Shown: positions 38,914 through 49,697 of the stretch, one piece after another
Position numbering within the stretch: the first letter of the stretch is position 1
How the letters are laid out: each line of letters starts with the position of its first letter
NCBI GenBank assembly: GCA_963811105.1
Contig: CAWEPZ010000009.1
Span: 160,001-224,000, forward strand
Length of the DNA: 64,000 nt
Direction: 5' to 3'
Source of the DNA: Candidatus Bathyarchaeota archaeon
GTDB taxonomy: Archaea; Thermoproteota; Bathyarchaeia; Bathyarchaeales; Bathycorpusculaceae
Notes under the pieces: generated by a model
Databases searched by the model: none
Told to the model about the DNA's origin: nothing
Seen by the model: only the letters and a program-made list of their open reading frames with translations
Made by a program: the position numbers and the translations under genes

Positions 38914-40419
38914 TTACTGCTTCGTCAATATATGCATCAAGTCATTTTTTGTTACAATGCCCACAAGCTTCTTAGGATCATCCCTATCTAAGACTAGCAC
39001 ACGTCCGATTTCGTTTTCGCTCATTCTCTTAAAGGCCTCCAAAGCGGTTTCATCAGGATAGGCGACAACAACATTGCTTCTTGCAATTTCAGTAACTAAC
39101 GTCTCGTTTCTTTTGCTTTTGTCAACTTTTGAGGCTTCTTCTAAAGTTACCCAGCCAGCAATCTCATTATTCTTATCTATTAGCGGATAAGCTATGTGAT
39201 GACCTTTGGCAATCAAATCCAAAAATTGACGTACAGTGGTGCTCTGTGAAACAGACTTTACATTTTTAGACATAATATCGGCTATTTTTGTGCCTGTAAG
39301 AGCGTCTGTTTCTCTCAGCAAAAGTGCCGGCAAATATCCGCTGGACTCCTCCATTTCTTTAGCTTTCTTAAGACCTGCAGCACGTTTTTGCATAGCTGCA
39401 ATCATTACTCGTTCAATAACTGCCGGTTCTTCTTCCATAACCCAAGTGCTTATAGCACCACTTTCAACTGCTTTATAAAAGAAGTCTTCACCTGCTTTAG
39501 TTCTAATGATAACCGTTGACCAATCGCTTAATGGGAACGCTCCTCCGATTGAAATGTCCGCTAATTCGGCGGTAAAATCTGTGCATTTGCCGCAGCTAGG
39601 TAGAATTTGCTCTGTAACTTCAGATAAAGGAAGCCTAAACTCTGCTTTTTCAGTTTGAAATATCAGTTTCGATGATAACCTTATTTGTTTAATTTCTGAT
39701 GGCTTAACGTTGTATTTGTTTTTTATGTATTCAAGCAAGGCGCTGAGAGATAATGTGCCAAAGCAGAACAAGCCTATTGTTATTTTTAGGTTTCCGCTGA
39801 TCTTGTGTTGCCAAGCCTCTAGTTTACGAAGAGCCAGAACATGACAGGGCACTCCAACGAACGCAATGTTTGTTTTTCCATAACCATAAACTGCACTTCC
39901 ATAAGCTTTTGCAACTGAAGATGGGAAAAACTTGCTTCCTACCGCTGATAGTATGTCATCAGGCACCAAAGCAATTGAAGCCTTTGGTATAGCGGGGTTT
40001 TCAGGTTCACCTTGTGAAACAATGGCACTATCGAAAATATTGTTTTCAATACCAAACTTCAATAGTGAGGTAACAACGCCTCCACCGTGGCTTAACTCTC
40101 GAATTTTGGGGTCAACTGATTGAACTAAGAAGATTTTCCGATAGTAACCTATTGCTTCACTTTTAAGCGGGGTATCGCAAACGAAGCTCAAGCTTCGGAG
40201 CAAGAGTGCTTCTGAATGGGGACAAATTTCATAGCAAATAGGGCACAAATCCATGTCTTTGGAGCAGTCATAGGTGTGCTCAACTTTCTCACCGCTGACG
40301 TGTAAGGCACTTACCGGACATGCAGCTTCGCATGCTCCGCATTGTGTACAAAATCCAGTATCAATAATTCGTTTTTTCAAAACATCGTAAGCCATAAGTG
40401 AATCAGTTTTCTGCCCCAT
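38914..40419 (-). CDS. FrhB/FpoF-like F420-interacting subunit with ferredoxin N-domain, fused to C-terminal CBS pair
   Basis: CTQCGACEAACP; GGVVTSLL; VGVPCH; IGLFC; CGKCTDFTAELADISIG; then ADIMSKNV...YPL and AYPDE...IGRVLV...GIVTKND. Confidence 0.9.
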   Translation of the reverse strand: MGQKTDSLMAYDVLKKRIIDTGFCTQCGACEAACPVSALHVSGEKVEHTYDCSKDMDLCPICYEICPHSEALLLRSLSFVCDTPLKSEAIGYYRKIFLVQSVDPKIRELSHGGGVVTSLLKFGIENNIFDSAIVSQGEPENPAIPKASIALVPDDILSAVGSKFFPSSVAKAYGSAVYGYGKTNIAFVGVPCHVLALRKLEAWQHKISGNLKITIGLFCFGTLSLSALLEYIKNKYNVKPSEIKQIRLSSKLIFQTEKAEFRLPLSEVTEQILPSCGKCTDFTAELADISIGGAFPLSDWSTVIIRTKAGEDFFYKAVESGAISTWVMEEEPAVIERVMIAAMQKRAAGLKKAKEMEESSGYLPALLLRETDALTGTKIADIMSKNVKSVSQSTTVRQFLDLIAKGHHIAYPLIDKNNEIAGWVTLEEASKVDKSKRNETLVTEIARSNVVVAYPDETALEAFKRMSENEIGRVLVLDRDDPKKLVGIVTKNDLMHILTKQ

Positions 40420-40534
40420 CTCGGTACCACTTGTTAATGAAAGACAGTTAGATTCTTAAAAAGTTAATTGAACAAAATCGAGAAAAGAAACCTACCAACT
40501 TAAATGAAGGGAAAAGGGGATTTATGAAAAAGAA

Positions 40535-41632
40535 TCATACGGATATCTCTTCTGTTAACCCTCCCTCAGGATACGTGAATAAATGTGCTTTGTCAAGCGG
40601 GTAAGTTATTGTTACTTCTTGGCCGAAAGAGACCCAATCTTCTGTTAACGAAGTTCTATTTATTATCAAGCGGTCGCCGTTTTCAAGACGAATTTCGTAC
40701 CGAACGAAAGTTCCCTCAAAAGTGATTTTATCGATTTTCCCGAAAAGTGCGTTTTCAGTTGCGTTGCCTCCTGTTTTCATTTCGCAGGTTTCAGGTCGTA
40801 TTGCCAAAACTATTCTCTCGCCTTCTTTTATGCCTGGATTTATGGCTTTGACTTTTAATCCATCTCTCAACTCTATTTCGCAATAACCATTAGTTTTTGT
40901 AATGTAACCCTCTAGCAAGTTGGACTCGCCAATAAAGTGGGCAACAAAAAGGCTGTTTGGATGCATGTAAAGTTCCTGTGGTGTTCCAATTTGAACGATC
41001 TTGCCCTTTTTCATGACTGCGATTCTGTCGGAAATGGACATTGCTTCGGCTTGGTCATGTGTAACATGTATTGCTGTTAGTTTGAGGTCTTTTGCCATTC
41101 TTCGAATTTCATACCTTATTTCGTTTCTAACTTTAGCGTCCAATTGTCCAAGGGGCTCATCTAGAAGCAATGTCTTGGCGCCTGCAGCCAACGCTCGAGC
41201 AACAGCGATTCTTTGCATCATACCACCGCTGAGTTCGCTGGGGTAGGCATCTAAGCGTTCATTAAGTTTCACAAGCTCCAGTACTTCATGCCCAATTGTA
41301 TCAGCCTTTTTCTGGTCGTAATTTTTAACTTTTGGACCATACACAACGTTGCCCCAAGCAGTCATATGGGGAAATAGAGCGAAGGTTTGAAAAACAAAGC
41401 CAACGTCTCTATCTTCAGGAGGGTCTTTGTCAACGCGTCTCTCGCCGATGTAGATTTCTCCGCTGTCAGGTTCAATAAGTCCAGCTATAAGCCGTAGCAA
41501 AGTGGTTTTTCCGCATCCGCTTGGACCCAACAGAGAGAAGTATTCTTGGTCATGTATGCTTAAGCTAACGTTATCTAACGCGTAGATTTTTCCGTATTTC
41601 TTAGTTAAGTTTACAACTCGGATATCAGGCAT
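40535..41632 (-). CDS. ABC importer ATPase (PotA/WtpC/FbpC-like, TOBE domain)
   Basis: GPSGCGKTT, LSGGMMQR, LLLDEP, HVTHDQ, FVAHFIG. Confidence 0.9.
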   Translation of the reverse strand: MPDIRVVNLTKKYGKIYALDNVSLSIHDQEYFSLLGPSGCGKTTLLRLIAGLIEPDSGEIYIGERRVDKDPPEDRDVGFVFQTFALFPHMTAWGNVVYGPKVKNYDQKKADTIGHEVLELVKLNERLDAYPSELSGGMMQRIAVARALAAGAKTLLLDEPLGQLDAKVRNEIRYEIRRMAKDLKLTAIHVTHDQAEAMSISDRIAVMKKGKIVQIGTPQELYMHPNSLFVAHFIGESNLLEGYITKTNGYCEIELRDGLKVKAINPGIKEGERIVLAIRPETCEMKTGGNATENALFGKIDKITFEGTFVRYEIRLENGDRLIINRTSLTEDWVSFGQEVTITYPLDKAHLFTYPEGGLTEEISV

Positions 41633-41682
41633 AAACTAACTCTCCTTCGGAAACAGTTTTATTGCTTTTATAAGTTGCCATT

Positions 41683-43392
41683 CTAAACCTTTCCTTTTCT
41701 AGTTAAAAGTCTTAGAACAAAAAGTATTATGAAGCTCAAGAGTATGAGAATACCGCAAGCTAAACCGACAGTTAAAGCATCTACACCCGGAATACCCGGT
41801 GATATGCCTCTAATGGAATTGACCCAGTTAACAATCAACACAGGCGCAGTTTGAAGCTTGGACGTTACGGCTAAAGTTGCACCTGTCTCACTAACGCTTC
41901 GGGTAAAAACAATTATTGCTCCAGATAGGATCGAGTATTTGGTTAGCGGTAGCACAATTGTGCGGAAAACAGTGAATGGTTTGGCGCCAAGAGTTCTTGC
42001 TGCTTCCTCCATATCAACGTTAATTCGATCCATGGCAGCCGACATGGACCTTACGAAGTACGGATAGGTAATTGCCAAATGTGCAAAGACCAATAGGAGA
42101 AACTCGGGCATTTCAGGGATACCTTGCCAGAAAAACTTTAATGAAACGCCTAAGGCAATGGATGGAACAATTATAGGAACATTGATTAATGTGTCAAGAA
42201 TTGCTGAGGTTGTCTTACCGAATGGTTTTCGAGCAATCAAAATCGCCATTGGTATGCCAAGTATAATCCCCAAAACCGTGACTATGCCAGCTAATCCATA
42301 GGATAAAACGAGACTTTGCCATAAGCTTGCCCATACCCCTGAACCCGTAAAGGCCTGAATTATCGGGGTCCCATTGGCGATTGCTTGGAAAGCGGGCAGG
42401 GCTACGAAAAGCGAAGGAATCAAAACGATTACAATGAATACAAACAAAGCAATGCTGTTTCTAGACCAAGCAGCTTTTTTGTAACTTAGTTTCTTTTCGA
42501 AAACTGGAAAGCCATGACCAAAAGGAAGTTTAATTCTTTGTCCTAATACACGTATGAGTCCAAAAATCGTTAGTGAAACAGCAATTAAAATGAGGCTTGC
42601 AAATACTGTTGCGCCTTGGTAAGTTGCAATGGATATTGTACCTGCCTTAAACTCATTACTGAGAGTTTGGAGGAAGACTGGCCCATTCATGAAAACAGCT
42701 CCTGCAACAATAAAGGTAGCTCCTGTTTCAGAAAGAGATCTTGCAAACGCGAGAGAGAACGCTGCAATTAATGATGGTTTTATAATGGGGAAAGTGACGG
42801 TTCGTGAAGCAGTAAGTGGTGGAGCACCAAGAGTCCTAGATGCACGCTCATACTCCATCTTATAATCAAGCATAGCACCTACCATAATTCTGACAACAAC
42901 TGGGAATGAAAAAGTAAAATGAAGAAGCATGACAAGAAGCCAACCTGGAGAAACCAGCGACCCGCCAAAAAAATACGATATTCCGCCGCCCAAACTCCAA
43001 AAAAGCAAAAGAGAATAGCCCAACGCGGCAGTTGGCACAACGAAGGGAAGATCAGCTAAAGTGTCAAGAACGCTCAGCCACCGTGACTTTCCACGGGTAA
43101 TAAGCCAAGCCAAGGGCACGCCGGCAAGTAAATCCAATGCAGATACAACTAAGCCAATAATGAAAGAGTTTGAGATGGCGCCAAGGGCTGTATTCAATAA
43201 AGTGGTCTGGTTTAAGATGTTTTGGATTGTTGGCGCTTTAATTAAAACTCCGATGATGGGTGGAATTAGGATTATTGCAATGAAAATGATGATTGCCGAG
43301 AGATAGAGAGAGTACTTTAAGGGTTTTTTTGAGGATAGCCCATTAAGTGTGTTCCAGAGTTTGCTAAGCACTGTGCGGCTCCTTTCAGCCAA
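41683..43392 (-). CDS. ABC importer permease, duplicated TMD (ModB/WtpB/FbpB-like)
   Basis: Two EAA motifs (ERASRTLGA, EEAARTLGA) and two RSLSETGAT/RSVSETGAT repeats. Confidence 0.85.
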   Translation of the reverse strand: MAERSRTVLSKLWNTLNGLSSKKPLKYSLYLSAIIIFIAIILIPPIIGVLIKAPTIQNILNQTTLLNTALGAISNSFIIGLVVSALDLLAGVPLAWLITRGKSRWLSVLDTLADLPFVVPTAALGYSLLLFWSLGGGISYFFGGSLVSPGWLLVMLLHFTFSFPVVVRIMVGAMLDYKMEYERASRTLGAPPLTASRTVTFPIIKPSLIAAFSLAFARSLSETGATFIVAGAVFMNGPVFLQTLSNEFKAGTISIATYQGATVFASLILIAVSLTIFGLIRVLGQRIKLPFGHGFPVFEKKLSYKKAAWSRNSIALFVFIVIVLIPSLFVALPAFQAIANGTPIIQAFTGSGVWASLWQSLVLSYGLAGIVTVLGIILGIPMAILIARKPFGKTTSAILDTLINVPIIVPSIALGVSLKFFWQGIPEMPEFLLLVFAHLAITYPYFVRSMSAAMDRINVDMEEAARTLGAKPFTVFRTIVLPLTKYSILSGAIIVFTRSVSETGATLAVTSKLQTAPVLIVNWVNSIRGISPGIPGVDALTVGLACGILILLSFIILFVLRLLTRKGKV

Positions 43393-43576
43393 TGTCTTAT
43401 TGAAAACAAAGTTAATTAATTCTTCAGGTATAAAGCTATTACATTAGATTGAAAATTTCACACATAATTTTTCGATAAAATACATAGTCTTCATAAAAAA
43501 ACATAAACTAAATACCTGAGGGCTTCCTCCGAATTAACAGAAGCCTTTATGAGCTTTAAAAACTAGATTTTAGTCG

Positions 43577-43807
43577 GTGAATTTTTTGGAAGATAAGCAT
43601 AGAATAATGAAGAAGAGCTTTGAAACTGAAATGTATGTTGATGGAAAAAAACTTCCCCTAAACAATTTCGTGCAGGAAACAATTGGCAACATTATGGCTG
43701 GATTTTCAAAATCGCTGAAAGGTTTGGATATTTCTCCAGAAACCATCGAAGTAAAAATTAGGCAGTTGCCAGCGCCAGCCGATGTTGATGCACATGTGTA
43801 TCCTTAG
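43577..43807 (+). CDS. Small protein resembling stand-alone MobB C-terminal domain
   Basis: VDGKKLPLNNFVQETIGNIMAGFSKSLKG. Confidence 0.6.
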   Translation: MNFLEDKHRIMKKSFETEMYVDGKKLPLNNFVQETIGNIMAGFSKSLKGLDISPETIEVKIRQLPAPADVDAHVYP

Positions 43808-44577
43808 CTGACAACTTTCCTAAATTGGTACAAAGTTGCACTCATTGTTATTAGAGCGACTAACCCAATAACTCCCCAAGCAGGAAGTATCGTACCCCAA
43901 TCATAGCCAGTGATCATTAGCGCTCGGCTGGCGTCAACGGCATAACTTACTGGGTTAAACATTGACACATCCTTCACCCATGTAGGTAGGAAACTAATCG
44001 GGAACAACGCCGAACTTAGGAACAGCAACGGAAAAGTGATGACTCCTCCTATGGCGAAAACCGTTTCGGAACTTCTGGTTTTCATGCCTAGCGCTAAAGA
44101 GATTCCTGACCAAGCAAGTCCAAAAAACGCAAGCGTGAAGAATATGAGCAGAATTCCGACAACTCCAGTGGTGACGTTGGCACCTAAGGCGTATGCTAAG
44201 CCAAGAATTATTGCTGTTTGGATAACTACTCTAAAGGCATCACTGCTTAATCTGCCCAGAAGAATCGCAGGACGACTTACAGGTGTTACTAGCATTTTCT
44301 GCAGGAACCCTGAGTCGATATCCGCGACTATCGAGTTTCCGGACTGTAGGGCACTTCCAAAGGCGTTTTGCATTAGAATTCCAGCGGCTGCAAACTCCAG
44401 ATAACTTACTCCAGTCGGCAATATCCCTGGAAAACTCCCCAATCTGCCCAATAGCTGTGTAAATAATAAGAGAAACAAGAGGGGTTGGAAGAGGGAAAAG
44501 AAAAGAAGGATAGGAGTGCGAACGAGTTTTGTCATATATCTTATGAATATGTAGCGAGTGTCAGAAAGCAAAGTCAT
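43804..44577 (-). CDS. ABC-2 type exporter permease (DrrB-like)
   Basis: GFLQKMLVTPVSR, PLLFLSSALFP, NPVSYAVDASR. Confidence 0.9.
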   Translation of the reverse strand: MTLLSDTRYIFIRYMTKLVRTPILLFFSLFQPLLFLLLFTQLLGRLGSFPGILPTGVSYLEFAAAGILMQNAFGSALQSGNSIVADIDSGFLQKMLVTPVSRPAILLGRLSSDAFRVVIQTAIILGLAYALGANVTTGVVGILLIFFTLAFFGLAWSGISLALGMKTRSSETVFAIGGVITFPLLFLSSALFPISFLPTWVKDVSMFNPVSYAVDASRALMITGYDWGTILPAWGVIGLVALITMSATLYQFRKVVS

Positions 44578-44579
44578 TC

Positions 44580-45641
44580 TTATCGCCTTCCTCCGAACAT
44601 TCTACTGGGAGCCTTAATGAGTTCTTCTGTTCTTATTCTTCTGCCCGTGTGCTTCATAAAAACGTCATCTAGCGAAGGGGAGGAGAACGTAACCGATGAA
44701 AGCCTAATGTCGCTACTGTCTAACGCCCGTACAATATCAGCGATTAGTAGACCCGCGTTCTTTGCATAGACAGTGAGACATTCTTCTGAATCTATTATTT
44801 CTGTGACGTCAGTCATGGTTCTAATGAGCTCTTTTGCCTTAACGCTGTCTTTCTTGCAGCTTTCAAGAGAAATCCTGATAGAGTCTGCCCCAATTTGGCG
44901 TTTTAGCTCAAGCGGAGAGCCACTTGCAACTATTTTTCCAACATCAATTATTGAAAGTCGTTTGCACAACTTATCGGCTTCTTCCAAATATTGGGTAGTT
45001 AAAAAAATGGTTATGCCTTCTTCTTTGTTTAGTTTTTCCAGATAACTCCAAATAGCGGAACGCGACTGAGGGTCCAAACCAGTTGTGGGTTCATCTAGAA
45101 ATAGGATTTTTGGCTTATGAATCAGAGCAGTAGCTAGATCCAGCCGTTTTTTCATGCCACCGGAGTAGTTTCTAGCTCGTTTTTCTGCCGCTTCTTCAAG
45201 ACCCACGAGACTTAGAAGTTCGTTGACTCGTTTTTTGATCTCATTTCCGTTCATCTGGTGGAAATGGCCTTGAATAGTTATGTTTTCCCTGCCTGTAAGA
45301 TCACCGTCAACGGTTGTTTCTTGGCTTTGCACTCCGATGATTTTGCGGATAAGAGCTGCTTGTTTATCAACGTCGTATCCTGCGATAGTAACGACGCCGG
45401 ATGTTTTTCTGAGAAGTGTCGTAAGAATCTTAATTGTTGTGCTTTTTCCTGCTCCGTTAGGTCCTAGAAAACCGAAGAATTCTCCTTCTTGAACACTAAA
45501 GGAAATGTCGTCTACGGCTTTTGTGCCATCGCCATAAATTTCAACAAGATTCTTTACCGTAATAATGTCTGACATAAGTTTTACACTATATAGTTTCACG
45601 TTTGGTAAAATAACCCTATGTGACTGTCGCCCTACAGCCAC
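44580..45641 (-). CDS. ABC exporter ATPase (DrrA-like)
   Basis: GPNGAGKST, YSGGMKKR, DEPTTGLDP, TTQYLEEAD, SLDDVF; true start probably ATG 45575. Confidence 0.9.
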   Translation of the reverse strand: MAVGRQSHRVILPNVKLYSVKLMSDIITVKNLVEIYGDGTKAVDDISFSVQEGEFFGFLGPNGAGKSTTIKILTTLLRKTSGVVTIAGYDVDKQAALIRKIIGVQSQETTVDGDLTGRENITIQGHFHQMNGNEIKKRVNELLSLVGLEEAAEKRARNYSGGMKKRLDLATALIHKPKILFLDEPTTGLDPQSRSAIWSYLEKLNKEEGITIFLTTQYLEEADKLCKRLSIIDVGKIVASGSPLELKRQIGADSIRISLESCKKDSVKAKELIRTMTDVTEIIDSEECLTVYAKNAGLLIADIVRALDSSDIRLSSVTFSSPSLDDVFMKHTGRRIRTEELIKAPSRMFGGRR

Positions 45642-46830
45642 ACAAGCGAGCTAAAAGAAGCTAGTTATATTTGCCCTTGCTATTTGCCCAAGTAAGTTAG
45701 CAAACTGAATCCTCGATTCATAAAAAATAACTTGTTAGAAGCTAAATTCCAAATTATTTATAAGCCCAGTGAATCTCAGTTCTTATACAATAACTTATTA
45801 GTAGTTCTTTTTAATCAGAAGAATACTCTCAAACAAAATGAAAATAAAAATCGCAGTACTAAATTAAGATTGGAACTCAAAAAAAAGACAAATGAAATTC
45901 GGGCACTTCTAATTAATGCAAATATAGATTTTGAGTCTGCAGAGAATAGAGCATTAAACGAATATCTTCCTAAAATTTTTCATGGTTGCCCATTTACTGA
46001 AGGCCATGCACAACCAAGCAACGTGTAGATTGCGATGTCTTCAAAACCTGAGAAAATAAATGATTCTGCAAGACGAAGCATGACCGCTGAGTTGTAAGTA
46101 AACATATTGCTGATTTGTTGTTTTATGCCTTGAAAGCTAAATTTTGTGCCTATTTTTTTAACTTCTAGATCACGTTGATCAACAAAAAGCAATCCTAAGC
46201 TTTTGAATGTTAACTTAGTTACTTTTTCAAACAGAGGGCTTCTATGAAAGCAAAGCGAGATTGTATGCTCCTTGAGGATTGTAGAAATTAAGAAGGATTC
46301 TGATCCGAAAACGCATAATCATTTCCCGTCTATAGGTTAAGGCTCAATCTATTTAGCTTTAATAAGAGGAGCAGGGGTGACTGACGGAAAACATTAGGTT
46401 GTTTAGTGAACCTAAGGTAAGCACTATTCTACTTATTTCGTAATTCAATCTCTAGATAAGACTTCTCTAACTACCTGTGAAACAAGGTCATCTTCATAAT
46501 CGTCAATAATTGGACTCGTAATAATGCAACTTTTGTACTTATTTTTTTTCCCCATTTCGCATCTAGAAAGGTAGTGTTTCAATAGATAACTAAGGTTTAT
46601 GAAGCGAGAATCAATATTTCAAAACTGAGGATTTGTAAACACGCCATGAAAATCCATTCAAATTAAGTTTTTTCTCGCATGGTTATACCCTTTATTTGAT
46701 TATATAAGTAATCCACAGAATGCAGCAGTACAGGTTGCTAAAGAAGAAGACTTTGATTTTTCCATACAATTCACCGAAGAAAGTTATGCTCAAGCCATTT
46801 TCGGGGTTTGTTGATCCAGCTTGTCTTCAG

Positions 46831-48508
46831 TCACTTCACACTAATTGTATCTTTATCCAATACAGATTGTGGTTTTTGACTTGTGGGTTTTCTTTGTTTA
46901 ATGGGCAAGTTGATTGTGAACGTTGTTCCCATGTTTGCCGCCGTTTTTACTGTTATTGTGCCTCCGTGTGCCTCTATGAAGCGTTTACATATGGCTAAGC
47001 CGAAACCCATTCCTTGCGCTTTAGTCGTGAACAGAGGCGAGAAAAGCTTTTGCAAAGTTTCTTCTGGTATACCTGCACCTGTGTCAGCGAAAGCGATCTC
47101 CACACAATCTCCTGTTTGCCGGCTAGTGATTTCGAGTTTGCCCCTCTCAGGCATTGCGTCAATTGCATTCTTGATAAGGTTTATGAAAACTCGTAGCATC
47201 TTGTCAGTGTTAACCCAAATCCAAGTTTCTTCATTAACGTGGTTTACAATTTGTATTCGGTCTGGAACTTGAACCATCCCTATAGCCTCTTCCACAAGAG
47301 TACGTGCAGAGTATTTTGTGAGTTCCAGATGCATCTCTCTTGAGTAGTCTAAAAGGTCGTTGATGATTTTATCTGAATGATCGATTGCTTTATCGATGAT
47401 TTCAAGCATTTCTTTAGCCTGAGCTTCAGAAATTGCGCTACCTTTCTTTTTCAAGAAGTATGCAGCATTCTTAATGCCTGCTAACGGATTGCGTAGATCA
47501 TGTCCAATCATACCCGCTAATTCGCCTATAGCTGCTAAACGTTCAGACTTAACAAGTCGTGCATTAGCATCTTTTAGTTGAGCAGTTCTCAAATCAACCA
47601 TGCATTTCAAATGTTTCGAATAGTTATCGACTTTTGTTTCTAGAATCTTTCGAAGATCTTCAGCCTTTTTGCGTTCAGATACGTCTCGCAAAATTCCAAC
47701 AAGACCTTCTGGGTTACCAGCAGTGTCTTTAAAGAGTCCAACCGTGAGTTCTGCAGGGTATTCTTCGCCGTTAAGTTTTAAGCAAGAAATTTCCACTTTG
47801 GGGATAATTCCTTGACTGATTAATTTGTTCATCGCTTCTATGGCTTTTGGCTGGTCTTTCTTTGCGATAGATTCGAACCCGTTTTTGCCGATTATCTGTC
47901 TTCTTGAGCTGTAGCCGCCTTGTTTTAGGGTTGCTTCATTGCAGTCAACAATTTTGGCGTTTAGATCACAGATTGTAATGGCTTCTGGACATGAATCTAG
48001 AATGGTTCTTAGCTTCTTCTCTTTTCGGCATGCTTTTACTTTTGCTTTTGCGTTCTTCCTTTCAACTGATTGGCGGATACCATAAATTAGTTCACCATAG
48101 ACAGTTTCGGGGGGACCTCGCTTATTGTAGTATCCGTCTGCCCCAAGGTTTAGTGCTTTTATGGCTACTTCTTCTTTGCCTTCTTCTGTGAACAATACAA
48201 AGGGGATTTTATTGTTTTGCATTCGCAGCTCCGTAAGAAATTGGAGCCCGTTTTTTTGGGGCATCTCAAAGTCAGAAACGACAATATCATAATGGTCAAT
48301 TGCTATTTTCTTGAAGGCTTCATCAACACAACAAGCGTTGTCAATGCTAAATCTGCCATCCATATCTGTGAGAATCTGCTTTGAGGTCTCTAACATTGAC
48401 AGGTCGTCGTCAACATGCAAAACTCGTAAAACACTCTTTCTATTTGAAGCAGTTAATTCAGATACTTCTACTACTATTGAATTCTGATTGAGGGTTTTTA
48501 TTCACCAT
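46831..48508 (-). CDS. Hybrid sensor histidine kinase REC-PAS-HisKA-HATPase (5' end appears frameshifted)
   Basis: VLRVLHVDDD...VSDFEMP (REC), PAS, GHDLRNPL (H-box), NLIKNAIDAM, DTGAG, GMGFGL; ATG at 48508 is one base out of frame at an A5 run. Confidence 0.85.
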
Positions 48509-48684
48509 GCACCAAACAAATAGTTAATGAGTTGTAATAAGACAGTTATGAATTTAGAATACTAAACATAGCCTTTCCCTAATAGAAACAGAATTAGAAA
48601 ACCATCTTTATCGCGCTTGGAATGATATTGCTAAGAGCGCAGGGGTTTTCTTCTAGGTAAGGTAATTGAATTGACGGTGAGGAA

Positions 48685-49188
48685 GTGACGCGGTTTTCGA
48701 AAGAGGTAGCAGAGCAATTAAGGCAGGGTTGTTGGCCGAGGTTGTTATTCTTATTTTCCTTGCAGATACATCTTTTTCGTCTGCCTTAATGAAATTCATG
48801 CTTCAACCACTCATTCTCCAATTCCTACTTCAACGGGTCTTGCTGACTTCGTTGTGTCGGCCTCGGAGGACCTGGAAGTAATTAGTACTTCTGGAGATCA
48901 GTTTGATTTCCCAGGTTCTTCTTTCACGTTCACTATAACGCCAAATTCAGGATACAAAATTTCAATTGTCATTGTAGACGGAGTACCACTGAGACCAATA
49001 TCAACCTACAGATTTAGCAACATCCAGGAAGCCATGAAGTATTAGCTGCGTTTGCTCTAGAAACAACACCGACCTCATTAGAAATCTTTTTCATAGCCAC
49101 AATAGTTATTCTTGCAGGTTTGTCTATAATTCTTATTGTAGGAAGACATATCAAAAGGAAAAAATTAGCCTACAAACCCTTTGTCTAA
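48685..49188 (+). pseudogene. Degraded surface protein with InlB B-repeat-like domain and C-terminal TM
   Basis: FTITPNSGYKISIVIVDG...YRFSNIQ then frameshift to a TM segment and basic tail. Confidence 0.55.
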
Positions 49189-49697
49189 TTGGTTTGTGAA
49201 TGCTTGCATCTTTGTCTTCAGAGTAACCTGACCCTGAGCGCTAACTATATGCTCGACAAACACATATTTTCTACAAAACTGTAAGGTACATTTCTTAAAT
49301 AGCGTGTCCGAAAAGGATTATTTTCAAGTTCGCTATATGTCCTTGAATGATTTGCGGGATGCTTGTCGAATGTGTGTAGTATTACTTTTAATGCTAATCA
49401 ATTTATGCAATAATCCGAAATGCAAGAATAAAAGGGTGATGGCTCGTCTCTTTGAGACGGGACATTATTAAGGGCTACTAACTAAATTTTTTAAGAGATT
49501 GCTCGAAGAGTGAGTGAACTGAACCCTTAAACGTATGATTACTTTCTCAAAACAGCATAAAAGCTTTGGCAAAAAAACAACATGTAATAGTAAACTATGT
49601 GGAACATGACAGAGTTCTTTGACTTCTCAATCCAGCAAGTACGCGGTACAAAAATTCCGTAATATTCATTGCTTATGTTCAAAGAGATAATGAATAT

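Noticed and set aside
22507-45492. Many short ORFs antisense to hppA, proBA, the hydrogenase operon and ABC genes
   Set aside because: Fully overlap well-supported genes on the other strand and have no recognisable motifs
45732-46560. ORFs 45732-46028, 45980-46192 and a 36-aa minus-strand ORF near 46445-46555
   Set aside because: Low-complexity AT-rich, weak starts, no motifs; cannot be supported
49434-49470. Fluoride riboswitch suggested by GGTGATGG
   Set aside because: Expected P1 pairing and pseudoknot partner absent; no fluoride-related gene downstream
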